DNA of 64,000 nucleotides, taken from assembly GCF_009914755.1 (NCBI RefSeq), contig NC_060927.1, one strand, 5' to 3'. This DNA comes from the human T2T-CHM13v2.0 reference genome, Homo sapiens. The notes under the pieces are model-generated. The model did not search any database. It was not told the origin of the DNA and worked only from the letters and a program-made list of their open reading frames with translations. Position numbers and translations under genes: made by a program. Of this stretch, positions 30,945 through 45,636 are shown piece by piece (position 1 is the stretch's first letter; the number at the start of each line of letters is the position of its first letter).

Positions 30945-31595
30945 ACTGTGGTGTATTTCTAAAATGAAATACTGGCTTAGAACAAAGACAATGAGTTAAC
31001 TATATCAATTAAAATACATCAACATGGATGAATATCTGAAACATAATGTTGAGTGAAAGAAGCTTGACCCAAGAGAATGTGTGGGTGAGCTTATTTAAAG
31101 GGGGAAAAACAGGAAAAGTTATATCATTTAGCAATACATGTTTAACTGATAAAACCATAAAGGGAGAAAAGGAAGGGATTTCCATAAAGGCCAAGATAGA
31201 AGTTTCCCCTGGGACAGGAAGAAGGAATGAGGCATGAGGTGGGCCTCTGGGGGCTTGAAATGTTCTGTTTTTCGGTGTGGTGATGGCTACCTGGGATTTT
31301 GCTTAGTGATAAATCAGCGATCTGGCATTTCCAATTAGACACTCTTCTGTATTTATTACATTTCACTATGAAAGTGTTATAAATAAGTCACCAGTATGCG
31401 ATGGATGAGAACTATTGGCCTAAATTGAAACAAAGAATTTGAAAAGTGTTCTAGACCAAGAGATTTCTTAACTTGCTCTCATACCCGTCCCTGCAAGAAC
31501 TTTGGAAGGCTAGATATCATCTTTCTTTTTAATATGACAACTAACATTTCTCAACATGTTAAAATAGTTTCAGCATTAGAACTATTAAAATTTTT

Positions 31596-31884
<289 letters not shown>

Positions 31885-32479
31885 TTAGCATAAAAATGTT
31901 CTCCCATTCTAAAATACATCCAATAGAATGGAAATATGAAGAAGAAATTTTGTATTTTTCCTTGAAATTGCATTCTACTCACCTTCCTATGAAATTTTAC
32001 ACTAACGTAATGTGTTTCTGTGTTTAAAATGCTCTTACTGACCTATCATAATTCATGACATAAATATGCATGTAAACTAGAATTTAGAATTTCCTGTATT
32101 TCTTGTGACCTTAAACTTAAAAATAAAATTCTTCTGGGTTGAATTATCATTATAAATTACTAATACGTAATTGATACAAACATAAATATAAATTTCAATA
32201 CATTATCAGACATAAAATGTAAAATTTTATTGTCATTTCATCTCTTAATGAAATGCATAGGGGTAGATTTATGGGACATTCATTAAAGAAGACTCTATGG
32301 ACATGAAATTAGAGCACCTCGAGCTGTTCCTTCGGCACCCTGGAACACTACACCTTGGTTGGTGCACCATGGCAGGAACAGAGGTTGGCAAAAGACAGGC
32401 CCTTTATTTGTAATGGAGCAGAAGAATTACTGCACTGGGGCAGGTGGGAAAGGTGTGCTGGTATGGTGTCTTTTATGAG

Positions 32480-32790
32480 AACTGCTGATGCTCTGCTCGT
32501 ATCCATGCCCTCCATGGCTTCACCTGATGCTTTCTCTGCACCTGGAGCCTGCTAAGCCACACAGTCCACATTTACATTTCCTTCCCGATGCACGCCCTAC
32601 GTGGGATCCCAGAGTACCCCCAGCAGAATGAGAGATTGAGAGCACACCTTTCATATGCTTCCTTTCCTTCTCCATCTCAGGTCCCACTCCAATACAGTGT
32701 TTCCCAGGATCGCCTTCCAAATTGACTACTTGCACTAAAATCTTTGTTTCTGCATCCACTGACGGGAGAACTTGAGAGCTCACCTGCCTC
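32480..32790 (+). mobile_element. LTR16-like ERVL LTR fragment
   Basis: 3' motif 'ccttccaaattgactacttgcactaaaatctttgt'. Confidence 0.5.
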
Positions 32791-33377
32791 CACAGCAGTG
32801 ATCAAGTAGATCACTTTTAGCAAAGAGTACAGTAGAAGCTGGGGAAGTAGATTCTCCTAAAACTCCCCGTGCATATACATACTACTTGGGAAAAACTTGT
32901 GTACTTCAAGGGAACACAGAACCCAGTTTGAAGGCACAGAGATTCATACCTCTGGAAAAGGGGCAATTCCATACCCTCCTGCTTTGAAAGCACTGATCAT
33001 AGGCCTTTATGAGAAGACAGCATCTGTATTAATGGATACTAAGAATGTGAATATAATTTATACATTATAAAGGGGAGAATCAAGGGCTCTGGGTTGCAGT
33101 CCCAGCCTGATTGTTGACTTAGTTATGCCTCCACCCCACTTTTCTCCCCAGTTTCTCAATGTGGACAATAAAAGAGTTAGACAATAGCTGATTTATTTCC
33201 AGATAGCTGTGTCTCCATTCTCTTTGATAAGCCCAAATGAATATGTGTTCAAATACCTCTATACAGATAAGAATGAGAGACCACGTTGGCTCAGGGGGTA
33301 GAGAGTTCTCTGCCTCTATAGCCCTTACTTAGTTTCAATGTGGGGTGGTTCCTTATCCTATTTAAAGAAACTGTTGG

Positions 33378-33696
33378 GGCTGGATGCAGTGGCTCACACC
33401 TGTAATCCCAGCACTTTGGGAGGCCGAGGTGGGCAGACCACTTGAGGTAAGGAGTTCGAGATCAGCCTGAGCAACATGGTAAAACCCCATCTCTACTAAA
33501 AATACAAAAAAAAAAAAAAAAAAAAAAAAATTAACAAGGCATGGTGGCACACGCTACTCAGGAGGCTGAGGCAGGAGAGTCACTTATACTCAAGAGGCGG
33601 AAGTTGCAGTGAGCTGAGATCGTGCCACTGCACTCCAGCCTGGGTGACAGAGTGAGACTCCATCTCAAAAAAAAAAAAAAAAAAGAGAAAAAGAGA
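33378..33696 (+). mobile_element. AluS with expanded middle A-tract
   Basis: A25 at 33506-33530; ~12-bp deletion in right arm; TSD aaagaaac(tg/ca)ttg. Confidence 0.93.
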
Positions 33697-34092
33697 AAAG
33701 AAACCATTGCTATGACCTAGATATAAATCAATACATACACCCTGAATTTTTGGATAATGTTTTTTGGGAATGGGCCATTGCTAATGCCATCTTACGTAGC
33801 AGAGACACATATAAACTATACAGCATAACAACATCACACAACATAGCAACACCATACAATAAAACCATCCTTTTTTTCTGCGTGTGAATAAACCCCCAAT
33901 TTCTGAGCCTCCAGTAAACTTTGAGCTACTCAAATGGCCCCCAAGTATTTGCAACACCAGTTTCCTGCACAAGGATTATCACGTGGCATATGCTTAATAA
34001 ATATTTGTTGAATTAAAGACCCCCAGAGTTTGTTTTCCAGCTTTAGTTGCAGCTGTCTCTTGATATACTCTTGAATTTTCTTCTATCTTAAC

Positions 34093-34250
34093 CAGCAGTT
34101 CTTGATCTTTCTTGAGTCAAGGATCCTATTGAGAATCTGATGAAAGCTATGAACTGCCTCCCCAGAAAAGATACACATTTGTACAGGCACACAGTCTTTC
34201 AAGATCTGTAAACATGGACCCAGGAAATCCTCGGGCCTCTGGTAAAGAAT
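34093..34250 (+). mobile_element. hAT-Charlie relic (Charlie4z-like)
   Basis: 'cagcagttcttgatc..gagaatctgatgaaagctatgaactgcctccccagaaaag..ggtaaagaatttctg'. Confidence 0.65.
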
Positions 34251-35339
34251 TTCTGTTGTAGTGCTAAGACATCATAACGTCTCCTGATTGGCACTGGCTA
34301 TTTGGAGGGCAATTCTGAGAGGGACTTGAAGGTTCTTTCTTGTCAGAAGGAAGGAAGAGCATGTGCCTTGAAAGGGCATGTGGCAGCTCAATGCCAGGTA
34401 TCTGACATCATCTTCTAGATTCATAGGCTCATTTCTTAAACATACTCTGCATCCCCACATCTCTACACCTTCCCTCCAGGTGTCTACTTTACCTAGAATG
34501 TCATGCACTCTCATGAGAGGCAACAGAGATGAGACCCGGAGCCCAGGAGAACAAATCCTTGGTCGACCTCTTGCTATATATATGCCCCCTCTTACAAGTT
34601 ACTTTATCTTTCCTTGCCTGTTTCCTCATCTGTAGAACAGGGATTATCACATTCTATAAAGGCACCTACCTCATAAAAAAAGTGTGCAAGGATTAAACAA
34701 GGCAGTGCAACTCACTTCACATGGTGAACAGCATCCCAATCACACTGAATAAATATTCGATATTTTCTAACTGCCTGAATACCTTTCTCTCAAGACAGAG
34801 CTCCTCATGGGAGCTCTGTGTTTCCCTGTAAATAAGAGTCAATACATTCCTTTTCTATGTCCTCGAATGTGATGATGTTATCTCTATTATTATTGCTTTT
34901 CTCAAAATGATTTGTGTTGGGTGGTGTCGCAACAGCCCAGGGCTCACCCCATGGTATAAAGTGAATCGTGCACGTAATTGAAACTATCTTTGAAAATCTT
35001 TTAGATCCCCAAGAAACTGTAGCACACATGGCTTTGGGTACCACACAGGAAGTGTAATTATTTTGTATATCTAGGCATATATACAGATGACTCTCTGCCT
35101 TAAGACAACATCTTCTCCTTAGTGGTAAGTGAGGGATTGTGGAGAATTCGGAAGTGTTCTCACTCCATCCTGTTTTAATATTGAACCTCAAACATTTTTG
35201 ATGCAGTTGTAGAGTTCTCTCTGTCATTTTGCTTAGCACATGTAGGTGATGAATAGGTGAATAATATGTTCAATTGAACTGACCCATATAATCAGACCAC
35301 TGAATTTAGCATTATTAAATTCTCAAAATGGTCCATTTT

Positions 35340-36690
35340 TAGAACTCTCTTGAGGAGTAATAGATTCATAACAGAATAATAGGAACAAAAATAATTTACC
35401 TAATTCAAGAATAAGTTTGTTTCTGGATATGCCAAAGGGTTAATATTCAATGAACCGAGAGACCAAATAGAAGAAATTAAACCACCTAATAAAAAATACG
35501 TAATTAATTAATTCACAGAATATGAAATACAAATAATCAAACTGATACGAAAAAGGGTTCCTCTCATTAAACAATGAGATGTGAGTTCAGTTGTAATATA
35601 TCCTTTTTATCTATCGGATTGGTGGCAATGGAAAAGAATCCCTGTTATTCAGTGTAGGTGTGCACTTGGCATTTGCTTACAGGCACTTTCCTGCACTGTT
35701 GGGTGATGTAACATGGAGCCTGCTTTCAGAAAGATCGTTCACAAATATGACTCCAAAGCCTTACAATGCTCATTGGTTTTGGATTCAACCAATGAACTTT
35801 TAACCTGCAGAAATAATTGGCTAAGTGTACAAATATCCACACACAAGGATGCCGATCACCAGGACAACCCTGCCATGGCTTCATACATTAGGGGCTCTCC
35901 TGGCCCTCCTCCAGCAGCCTTGTCCTTCATGTCAGGGTGAGGAAGCCTCACATCAAGGGGTTGTGCCTGCCTAGAGCCTGTACCCCTCCCTCTAGAGACC
36001 ATACCGCAGGCTCACAGGACCTGGAAATGTCTCTGAACTCCCAGATCCATCTCCCAAGGGCATTCAGCTTATGAGGTGGCTGTAGGATAAGCTGAAGCTG
36101 GGAAGCAGGTGCAGGGCCAGGGCCAGCTTGCTGTGTTCTGGCACAGAGCTCAAGGGGTCCAAGGAGTCTAAATTTGAACCTGGCCCTCCTGAGAATAAAG
36201 TCATGATTATCATAGTTTGACAATAAAATGTTTTTTCACTTAATGGCTTATAGGTGACTTTGTAACTTTAAAATATTTAGACCCATGCTATGTCAGCCTT
36301 CACTTTTACTCTCCAACCAGGTGGCAGATTCACAAATGTTAAGGGTAGGACTGCTAATCCCAATTCCATTTTAACAAAGGTTAGTAGCAAACTATACTAA
36401 TTGACCTGGAAAGAGCTTGTAAGCTATATCAAAGGGAAAAGGATCTAAAACATTTGATCCAATTTGTGTGGGGAGAGGAGTATGAAAATGAGTATGGATG
36501 CATTGGGGGGAGTGTGTATTTACTCCCCATTTAAAAGCAAAAAGATCTGAAAGCATTCAACAGAATGAGGATAGAGGTTATCTCTCAGTGGTGAGGAGAG
36601 TAGGGGGTCAGGACTTGAGGTAGTACTGAGCTTTCTACTCTTTCAACAATGAAGGAATTATTTGTGAAATAAAGTAAATATTAAATCAAA
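35340..36690 (+). mobile_element. L1ME-like relic interrupted by a hAT-Tip100 (MER45-like) element (~35860-36353)
   Basis: 'aaagggttaatattca..atacaaataatcaa' L1 motifs; insert ends 'tttaaaatatttagac..cacaaatgttaagggtaggactg'; names from recall. Confidence 0.45.
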
Positions 36691-37959
36691 AATATAGATC
36701 CTCAGTAGTTGGTCGCAGCCAGTTTTCTAATGCAGTTTCAAGATGCCTTCAAAATGAACAAGGGAGGACAAATTTGGCTTTCCAGCAGGGTTCCTGGGTG
36801 CCATCCCCAACTTTCAGAGGATATCATGGAGAAGGATGTCTCTCCTTGCCCACACATGGTCCCTAGGGGTAGCATGTAAGTGGCCAGCTGAGCCACAGTT
36901 CCCAGCTTTGCACACAACTTCTCATGCCCTTCTTGCCATCGCAGCTGGCTTTGGTTTCTGAACTAGAAAAAAGAAAGGCTCAGAGTGCCCCTCAGGATTC
37001 TCAGGGGTAAAAGGCATGTGGGGACCAAGGTCCCCCATTCTGACCTGGAGCTCCTGGCTTACCAATTAATTCATGCCTACTCATGCCTTGATCCATTGTT
37101 GGGGCAGGACTTCTTTCAACAGAGCCAGAGTGGAGGCGGCATAGGTGAAAGTAACACAAGGGAGTTTAATGAAGTTCTGCTGGGATGCGGGGTCTCTATA
37201 AGAGCCGGTAAAGAAGAATGGGATCCTACCAGGCTGTTTTCTTTCCTGGGATCTTACAGCCTGAGTAATATCATTTAAAGTTAAAACAAAATGCTGAAGC
37301 TTAGTTAATTTATGTCAACTTCCTACAGTCTGTTTAATACATGAACTACTTCTGTAACTTATTGGGTGATTTTGGAGACTGGCCACAGAGTGTATTGTCC
37401 AGATGACATTTCAGCTTTTTATTACCAGTTTTACTTTGAAAACAAGCAAAAAAAATATGATATTAAACCAATCAAAGATGAAAACTTTTATTAGTGGAAA
37501 AGGGATAAAGAAACCCACACAAGCATCTTTGTGTGGGTTTTCTGCACTCATGAGCTGGCTATTTCAAGTGTTAGTTGTATATAAATGATTTGGTCTAAGA
37601 TGCTCTAGGTGGACCTCAAAACTGATTATAGTCTACGAAACAAGAAACATTTCTACATTCTCTGAGTCCTGAGAAATGGTGTGCATAAGTTATTGGCCAC
37701 TGTAATATATACAAATTTCAAGAGCAGATGGCTTGGAGTTAACTGCCTTAGTATTGTTGTCTGAGAAAGGTGATATCCATCAAGACCAATGGGAGGATTA
37801 AAGAGCCAATTTGATGAGTTTCAGAAAGGAAGGAGGGCTTGGAAGGCAGGAGCATGTGAGAACAATATGACTGCCATAACCATAAAGTTTAATCCATGGA
37901 AGGTTCATGTTCCATTGTAAATGTCTTGGGAATTGCTACTGCTTCAATAACACCCAGAT

Positions 37960-38095
37960 ACAGCGCTGTTAATTCTATGATTTTGAGCAAATCACTTTGC
38001 CTCTTCATCATTTTAACTTCTTCGTCTGCAAAATGGGCACAATGATAGTATTAACCTCAGAGAACCATTGTGAAGCACAAACAAAAATGTGAATG
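37960..38095 (+). mobile_element. MIR fragment
   Basis: 'ttgagcaaatcactttgcctct..gtctgcaaaatggg'. Confidence 0.6.
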
Positions 38096-38097
38096 AA

Positions 38098-38431
<334 letters not shown>

Positions 38432-40393
38432 TCACAAACCCCCCTTTAACACAAGCTCTTTTGACTCTTATTATTAGAAATAATATAATTAGCCTAAAGT
38501 TAAGTAGACTTCAACCCTAAGCATAGATGACACATACTCTAATTCAGATCCAGATTAGATCAGTATATACCAGGCAGTATTGAATGCATCTCATTAATTC
38601 ATTCCTAAAGCACGAACTTTCCATATCACATGGCAATTAAAGGATTATATGAAAGAAACTGTTCAGATTAGGGTCCAACCCCAAGCAGATGGCTAAGTGC
38701 ATCCTGCTGTTAGGGAAGTGAGTGTACCCTCACTAAGCAGTAATGATTGATCTGTCCCATGGAAATAGGTAGTTTGGGTCCAATGATGCTACACAATGCA
38801 GAGGCTCAGTTGATTAATGATCTACCAAAGCCCATGAAGGGACCACTAATTAATCTTGATTGTTTTCATTGACGATAAGAGCATTGCCAATTCAGTTGGA
38901 AAAGACGACTGCAAAGGGGTGTGAAACATTGAAACAGAGACAAATGTTACATGCCCAGAAGCCAGCTTTCTTCAGCAAAAGGAAGATGTTCATCATAGGA
39001 TTGCAGTCACCCCAAGAGAAAGTCTTCAGTATAAGGGTTAAGAGAAAACTAGCTTTCTCACAAGTTCATAAAGCCATGCCCAAGGGGACAATAGAGACAA
39101 CACTGTTCTCTAAAAAGACAGGGCCAAGAATTAATGAGGGATTCAGCTAGGGCCAATGGATCCAAAATGACGCAGGAACCATGGCAGTTAATTGACATTA
39201 ACAATGCCTGGGAAGCAGCTCTGGAATTATCATGGAATAAGCCAAGAGAAAACACGAAATAGGAGCTCTATGTAGGTCTAGGTCTGGGCACATCATAAAA
39301 ACTGGGGTATGTGAGAAAAAAATCTTATTTACTATGCCAAGGACAAGAATTCAGAGGCATTCTAGATTTCAAATCTGGAAAATAAACATTACATAAGAAT
39401 CAATGGTTGAGCCAGCTGCCTAGAAGAAAAGATCAGATTTAGGGATGTTCATTCCTTCCCAGTTGGGCAAGATCAAAGTCTATTCATCACCTCTTTACAA
39501 CATGACTAGAAAGTAGTGAACGGCTCATGTGAAGTCAGTATTGTACTGGCCTCTGGGTACCAGTTCAGATGAAGAATAATGCATTTATATTCACCCATGG
39601 AATAAATACTCACTGAGATATTTCTTGCATTTATATAAAGTTTTATATTAAGAACAATGCAATTGGAGAAATAAAGGGCCAAAAATCTGAAGTCAGTTTG
39701 ATTGGAGCTTTATATAACCCCCAAACATTCACTCCTGTCACATTTCTGAGTGCACATTACTGACATACCACCCAATGAACAGTAATATTTGCATTAAAAA
39801 ATTTTCATTCACAATCTCTTTGCCACTGGGGCTTGGAAAATCCTCAAGTCTAATCCAGATGCCTGCTCATCTAACTTGGAATGGAGCCTTTGAATCATCT
39901 CAATTATTTTAGAATCATTTGGGTTTTCTTTAAGACTTTTGCTAAAGAAAAAGGTCGAGGCAGGATCTAAAACCATTGAAGTAGTCATAGTCCCATGTGT
40001 TAGGTGGCCCAGATAAAGGCTGGGATATTGCAATACAACATCAGCGCTACTCCAACATCATTAGCTGACAAAGATAACATTGCTAGTTACTCAAGGACTT
40101 TAGGTGAAATCCATCAGAACAAACCAACTAACCTAAACATCTGAAATCCACAAATGAAAAGTGTCTAAACTTCCTTTCTAACCTAGCTGTGGATTCTTAG
40201 GAAAAATAATTCCTATTCTTACTGGAGTAAGTCAGGTAGACTTAGGACTGCACAGATAGCTGGGTGGAGGGCAAACATTTCTTCAAAGCTATAGCTATAT
40301 AAATTAAGTATTTTCTTTTGTGGAAGACCTGGGAAGGTTATATCTACACTAACAAACAACCTGAGCCCAAAAAAATCTGCAAGATGGGAAAAT

Positions 40394-40446
40394 TATATAT
40401 ATACACACATATAAATATATATATTATATATAATATAATATATGTA
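40394..40446. repeat. AT-rich (TA)n-like low-complexity tract
   Basis: tatatatatacacacatataaatatatatattatatataatataata. Confidence 0.75.
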
Positions 40447-41129
40447 TCCTCCCTTCCTGATTTTTTAATTGGCTTTAGGACTAGAAAAAGATTGCCACAC
40501 ATGTTGAAGATCTTGGAAACAGCCTCTATTGCCAAATTGAATTTGTGTACATAGGCAAAGCACACCAATCTTTATGTTTGCAATTTCGCTTGAAAAATCT
40601 GGGTACTTCAAATTATACCCAATATTTCCTCATGAATTTATATCTTGATGTGTTTAAAATGAATTGCAAAGAACAAACATCAAGGCAATGAACAGTCTTG
40701 TTTATTAAACATTGCTGAATTATATTTAAAATAAATATAATGGGCTGAAGGTGGAGAACTGCAAGTCTAAATCGCCTGGGTGGCTTTCCCCGCAGGGTGG
40801 TCATTGGTTGAAGGGGCTGCTGGGATGAACTGTTCTCCCACAGTCTCATCTAGATCGACACCAGCCAACTCCCTTCCTTGCCAGTGTCCCTCAGAGTTGT
40901 CTGGTGAGCATTTCTGACACTACTAACTTCAAAGGCATTTTCTTGAAAGCATGGGGAAAGAAACTACAGTGAGTGCGACTCCCTTAAAGGAAGGAGTTGT
41001 GCTTTTATCCCTGAGAAAAAGTTTCTAAATACTCTCCCTGTATGCGCAAATGTTCTGAGTTACTATTGAAAAAATGAGGTACATTTATTTTCTCTGCCTT
41101 TTTTGTTGCTTTCCTACAAATATTGGTTG

Positions 41130-41330
41130 TTTCTAGAAATCCTTATCCTGGTCATCATGACAGTAACCCAATGAAGGACCCAGCTCAAATATTTTTATAC
41201 GTCCTTTACAGAGGAGGAAAGCAGAGCACACCAAGGGTCCATGGCTTGCTGAGGTTTCGAGCCTGAGGGACCAAAAATTAGTAAAAGAATCGAGTCTCCT
41301 GGCTAGTATTTTATGACACTGGCACAGCAA
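41130..41330 (-). mobile_element. MIR
   Basis: 'tttacagaggaggaaagcagagcac'. Confidence 0.5.
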
Positions 41331-41647
41331 TGACCCATCAAGACTCCCAGACTATAGTCAGGCTACAGTGAGACTCTTAACGTTCTCAGTTGCCTGTGGC
41401 TACTTTCAGAAGAGCACAGAGAAATGCACAGACAGCCTGGAAACCATTTGTTCCCTGGCTGCATTCTTTGAACACCACCATGGATGGATGCTCTGAGATG
41501 CCGTGGAACAGGCTTCAAACTATTGGTGATCTGATAGCCGGACCTCCAAATGAACTCTAAAAATAGTGTAAAGGTTTTTAATGAACTGTTTTAAATGAAT
41601 TGCTTGCACATTTTGCATTCAGAATCATATGGGAATTTCTACAAAGT

Positions 41648-41958
41648 TTGCTTGCTTGCTTGATTGACTGATTCACTGAGACAGAGTCTCACCTTGTCGC
41701 CCAGGCTGGAGTGCAATGGCGTGATCACGGCTCACTCTATCCTACACCTCCTGGACTCAGGTGATTCTCCCACCTCAGCCTCCCGAGCAGCTGGGACCAC
41801 AGGTGCACCACAATGCCCAGCTAATTTTTGTATTTTTTGTAGAGATGGGGTTTCGCCACATTGCCCAGGCTGGTCTCAAACTTCTGTGCTCAAGCCATAC
41901 TTCCGCCTCGGTGTCCCAAAACGCTGGGGTTACACATGTAAGCCAAGGTGCCTAGCCT
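41648..41958 (-). mobile_element. AluJ with tail converted to tetranucleotide repeats
   Basis: J-type body ('gtgatcacggctcact', 'ttttgtagagatggggtttcgcc'); tail reads ttgcttgcttgcttgattgactgatt. Confidence 0.9.
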
Positions 41959-42129
41959 CACTTCATTTATTTAATACTGCAGTATTTTGTTTTGGCAGTG
42001 GAGGGGATCAAGTGTGTATCACACTTTGTGCTTAGAACTGGTGTATAATAAGTGTATAAGAACTGATGTGCAAGAATTGGCATAAACAATGTGGACCTGG
42101 TCCCTGACTCCATAAAGCTTGCCTTCCAA

Positions 42130-42436
42130 ACCAGCAATGTCCAACAGAAATAAACTGCAAGCCACAAATGCAAGCCCCCACGCCCCCATGCAATTTTAAG
42201 TTAAAAAGCAAAAAGGAACAAGATAAATTAATTTTAAGAATATCTTTTATTTACCCCCAAATGTCCAAAATACTATCATTTCAATATATAATCAATATAA
42301 GAATGTTTAATAGAGTATATTATATATTTTGCTAGTAGCTCTTCAAAATCCAGTTTGCATTTTGCACTTATAGCACATCCCAGTGTAGACCAGGCACATT
42401 CCCAGTGCTCAGTAGCCACATCGCACAACACAGGTC
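42130..42436 (+). mobile_element. MER33/MER3-like hAT element
   Basis: 'gtccaacagaaataaactgcaagccaca..gcacattcccagtgctcagtagccaca'. Confidence 0.75.
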
Positions 42437-42459
42437 TAGAGAGGGTATGGACAAATTAA

Positions 42460-43060
<601 letters not shown>

Positions 43061-43579
43061 TAATTTGTTCCCGATGAAGTGCCAAAGCCTCAGAGTTAGA
43101 TGTTTTATGTTTGTATTAAATTATTATATTTCCATTTGGAGGATGGAGGACGGTTAAGGTTGAAACGTAAAATGCTCAGAAAGATCACTGGGAGGGACGA
43201 CTAACTACTCCAATAGATGTTTTAAATCAATGACTTGTTTTGTGATTTGGGAGGCTCCTGAGAGATAAATACACTGAAAACACATTCTCCCAAAAACCTT
43301 TGTTTTTCTTTCTCATGTTTGAAATGCTGAGACTCTAACAACTGTATTCAAATTTCTCCAAACTTTAAGATGTTAACATTCAATTAGTTTTCTAAGCTAT
43401 CAGAGTTTTCCTTCCATTCAGCTCTCGGAGAGTAAATCGTATTCTAGAGAAAGCGGGATGTTTGTAAATGAGTCACCGTTTAAGCCATATTGTCACTACT
43501 CGTGCTAAGTGTGTACTTTTTTCCACAGCATGGGTTCAATCTTTCTAAATCCTATGTCATTTTATGAAATTTTATTAGC

Positions 43580-44160
43580 CATTCATTCAGGCATTAATTC
43601 ATTCCATCAGTGCTAAGCGAGCATCTTCTCTTTGTCATGTGAAGTAAGGATTAGAGGAGCAGAGCAGATGCCAGGCAAATCCAAGCACCGGCCCTACAGA
43701 GTCTACATTCTCCCAAGAGAGACAAATGTTATACCAAGAGTTACACAAACAGATGCCCAAGGACCAGCAGTGCTAGAAGCTAAGGAGGAAAGTCCCAGGC
43801 TGCAGGCAGAATCACAGGGACATAGTTTAAATTGTGAGGAGAAGTCACCCAGGTCCCAGGTGATATTTAGGCTGGGACTTGAGCTATGACAAGAACAAGT
43901 CTGGCAAAGAGAGGGTGGGAGAGCACCGAGGGTGATGCAATGGCAGGAGTGGAGGGAGGTCTTAGGCAGACTAGAGTTCTGTGAGTTGAAGTAACAATGG
44001 AAACCATGCCGCCAGGGCAGTAGGGGCGGAAGGAAGAGTAGGAGAGAGGTCAGGCACTGGGTCATTCAGGGTCACGGGGACATAAGAGGCTTAGATGCCC
44101 TGTAAACACAATGGGGAGCCACCAAGGGTTAATCCAACTGATGGTTTAAAAAGATGGCTC
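43580..44160 (-). mobile_element. L2 relic
   Basis: Starts 'cattcattca..attcattc'; 'aatggggagccac..tttaaaaagat'. Confidence 0.6.
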
Positions 44161-44175
44161 AGAGGACAAGAAGTG

Positions 44176-44325
44176 TCAGAGGCTCTCAACTCTGGGGAGA
44201 TTTTTTAAAAATACTGATGCCTGGGACCTTCCCTAAACCAATTAAATTGGGATCTGTGAGATAGAGCCAGTGTTCTTAGATCAATACCCAGGTGTTTCTC
44301 ACATATAGCCAGTGCTGGGATCCAC
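44176..44325. mobile_element. MER5A-like hAT element
   Basis: 'ttttaaaaatactgatgcctgggacc..accaattaaat..cccaggtgtttctcacatatagcc'. Confidence 0.7.
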
Positions 44326-45309
44326 GGATTTTATGTGCGAGAAAAAGTGGATCTCCCGCAGCACGGGAACTGTTTTTTGTTGTGGTGGTGGTTGCTGTTG
44401 TTGTTTCCTCTGCTGGCTGGGCTGCGTTTAGTACAAAGAAAAACAATTAACTTCTCACACCTATGTGGGTGTTCAGTTTACGCTGAGTAATTCAACCACA
44501 AAAACATTCTAATCAATGGCCAGAAATGCGATCACTTTAGTCTGACGGAAGTCAAAGGGGGAAAAATGTCTAAGTAATAGAAACAGCTGGTGATATTAAT
44601 TACATACCAGCCAAAAATAACATTGTTCAGCGTGCCACACCTCCGCTGTGTACTTTTGGTTGGAAATATGTCATTTGCTATGTACACATCAAAATATTCC
44701 TGCTAAAGCCCTATTAGGAAACTATTCCGGGCCATGTGGAATCAGTTAAGTCCCACAGTGCTGTGAACTACTGTGTTGCTAAGCTGCATGAGCCGTCCTC
44801 CAGCTAATGAACCATATCATTAACTACAGATACCTCAAATAAAAATGCCTAAAAGGCAGGCATGATATACACAATAAATAAAAAGGTCATGATTTGCAAA
44901 GTGGCCAGCTCATTCTGAACCAATTGTCTCTTGTTTTCCCGGGCTGTAATTGGAGACATTAATTTGATTTATCACACTGGGCTGGGAAAGATCTTGCAGT
45001 GTGCAGAGATTAGAGAGTTGTGAAATCCACGACCCCCAGGTGCTTTCACCAAGTGCAGACAATGCATTTCAGATCGGGTTTATTATTGAAGTGACTATTT
45101 CCAAAGAGAAAGACAAATTGCAGCGAATAACACTCTCAAAAATATTTTCCATCCATTTTCCAAAATGACACTCTGGTTTAAAGGGAAGAGCTAATGAAGC
45201 AACTCCCGTTACTGCTAACAAAATCAAAGGAAAATGCGTGAATTATTTTATTTAATGATAGTAGTTGTCAAGTTCTTTAAGTAATGCTAACTTTTTAAAA
45301 GAAAAAACA

Positions 45310-45636
<327 letters not shown>

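Noticed and set aside
41557-41566. Perfect MEF2 site CTAAAAATAG
   Set aside because: A single AT-rich 10-mer without supporting context can arise by chance in 64 kb
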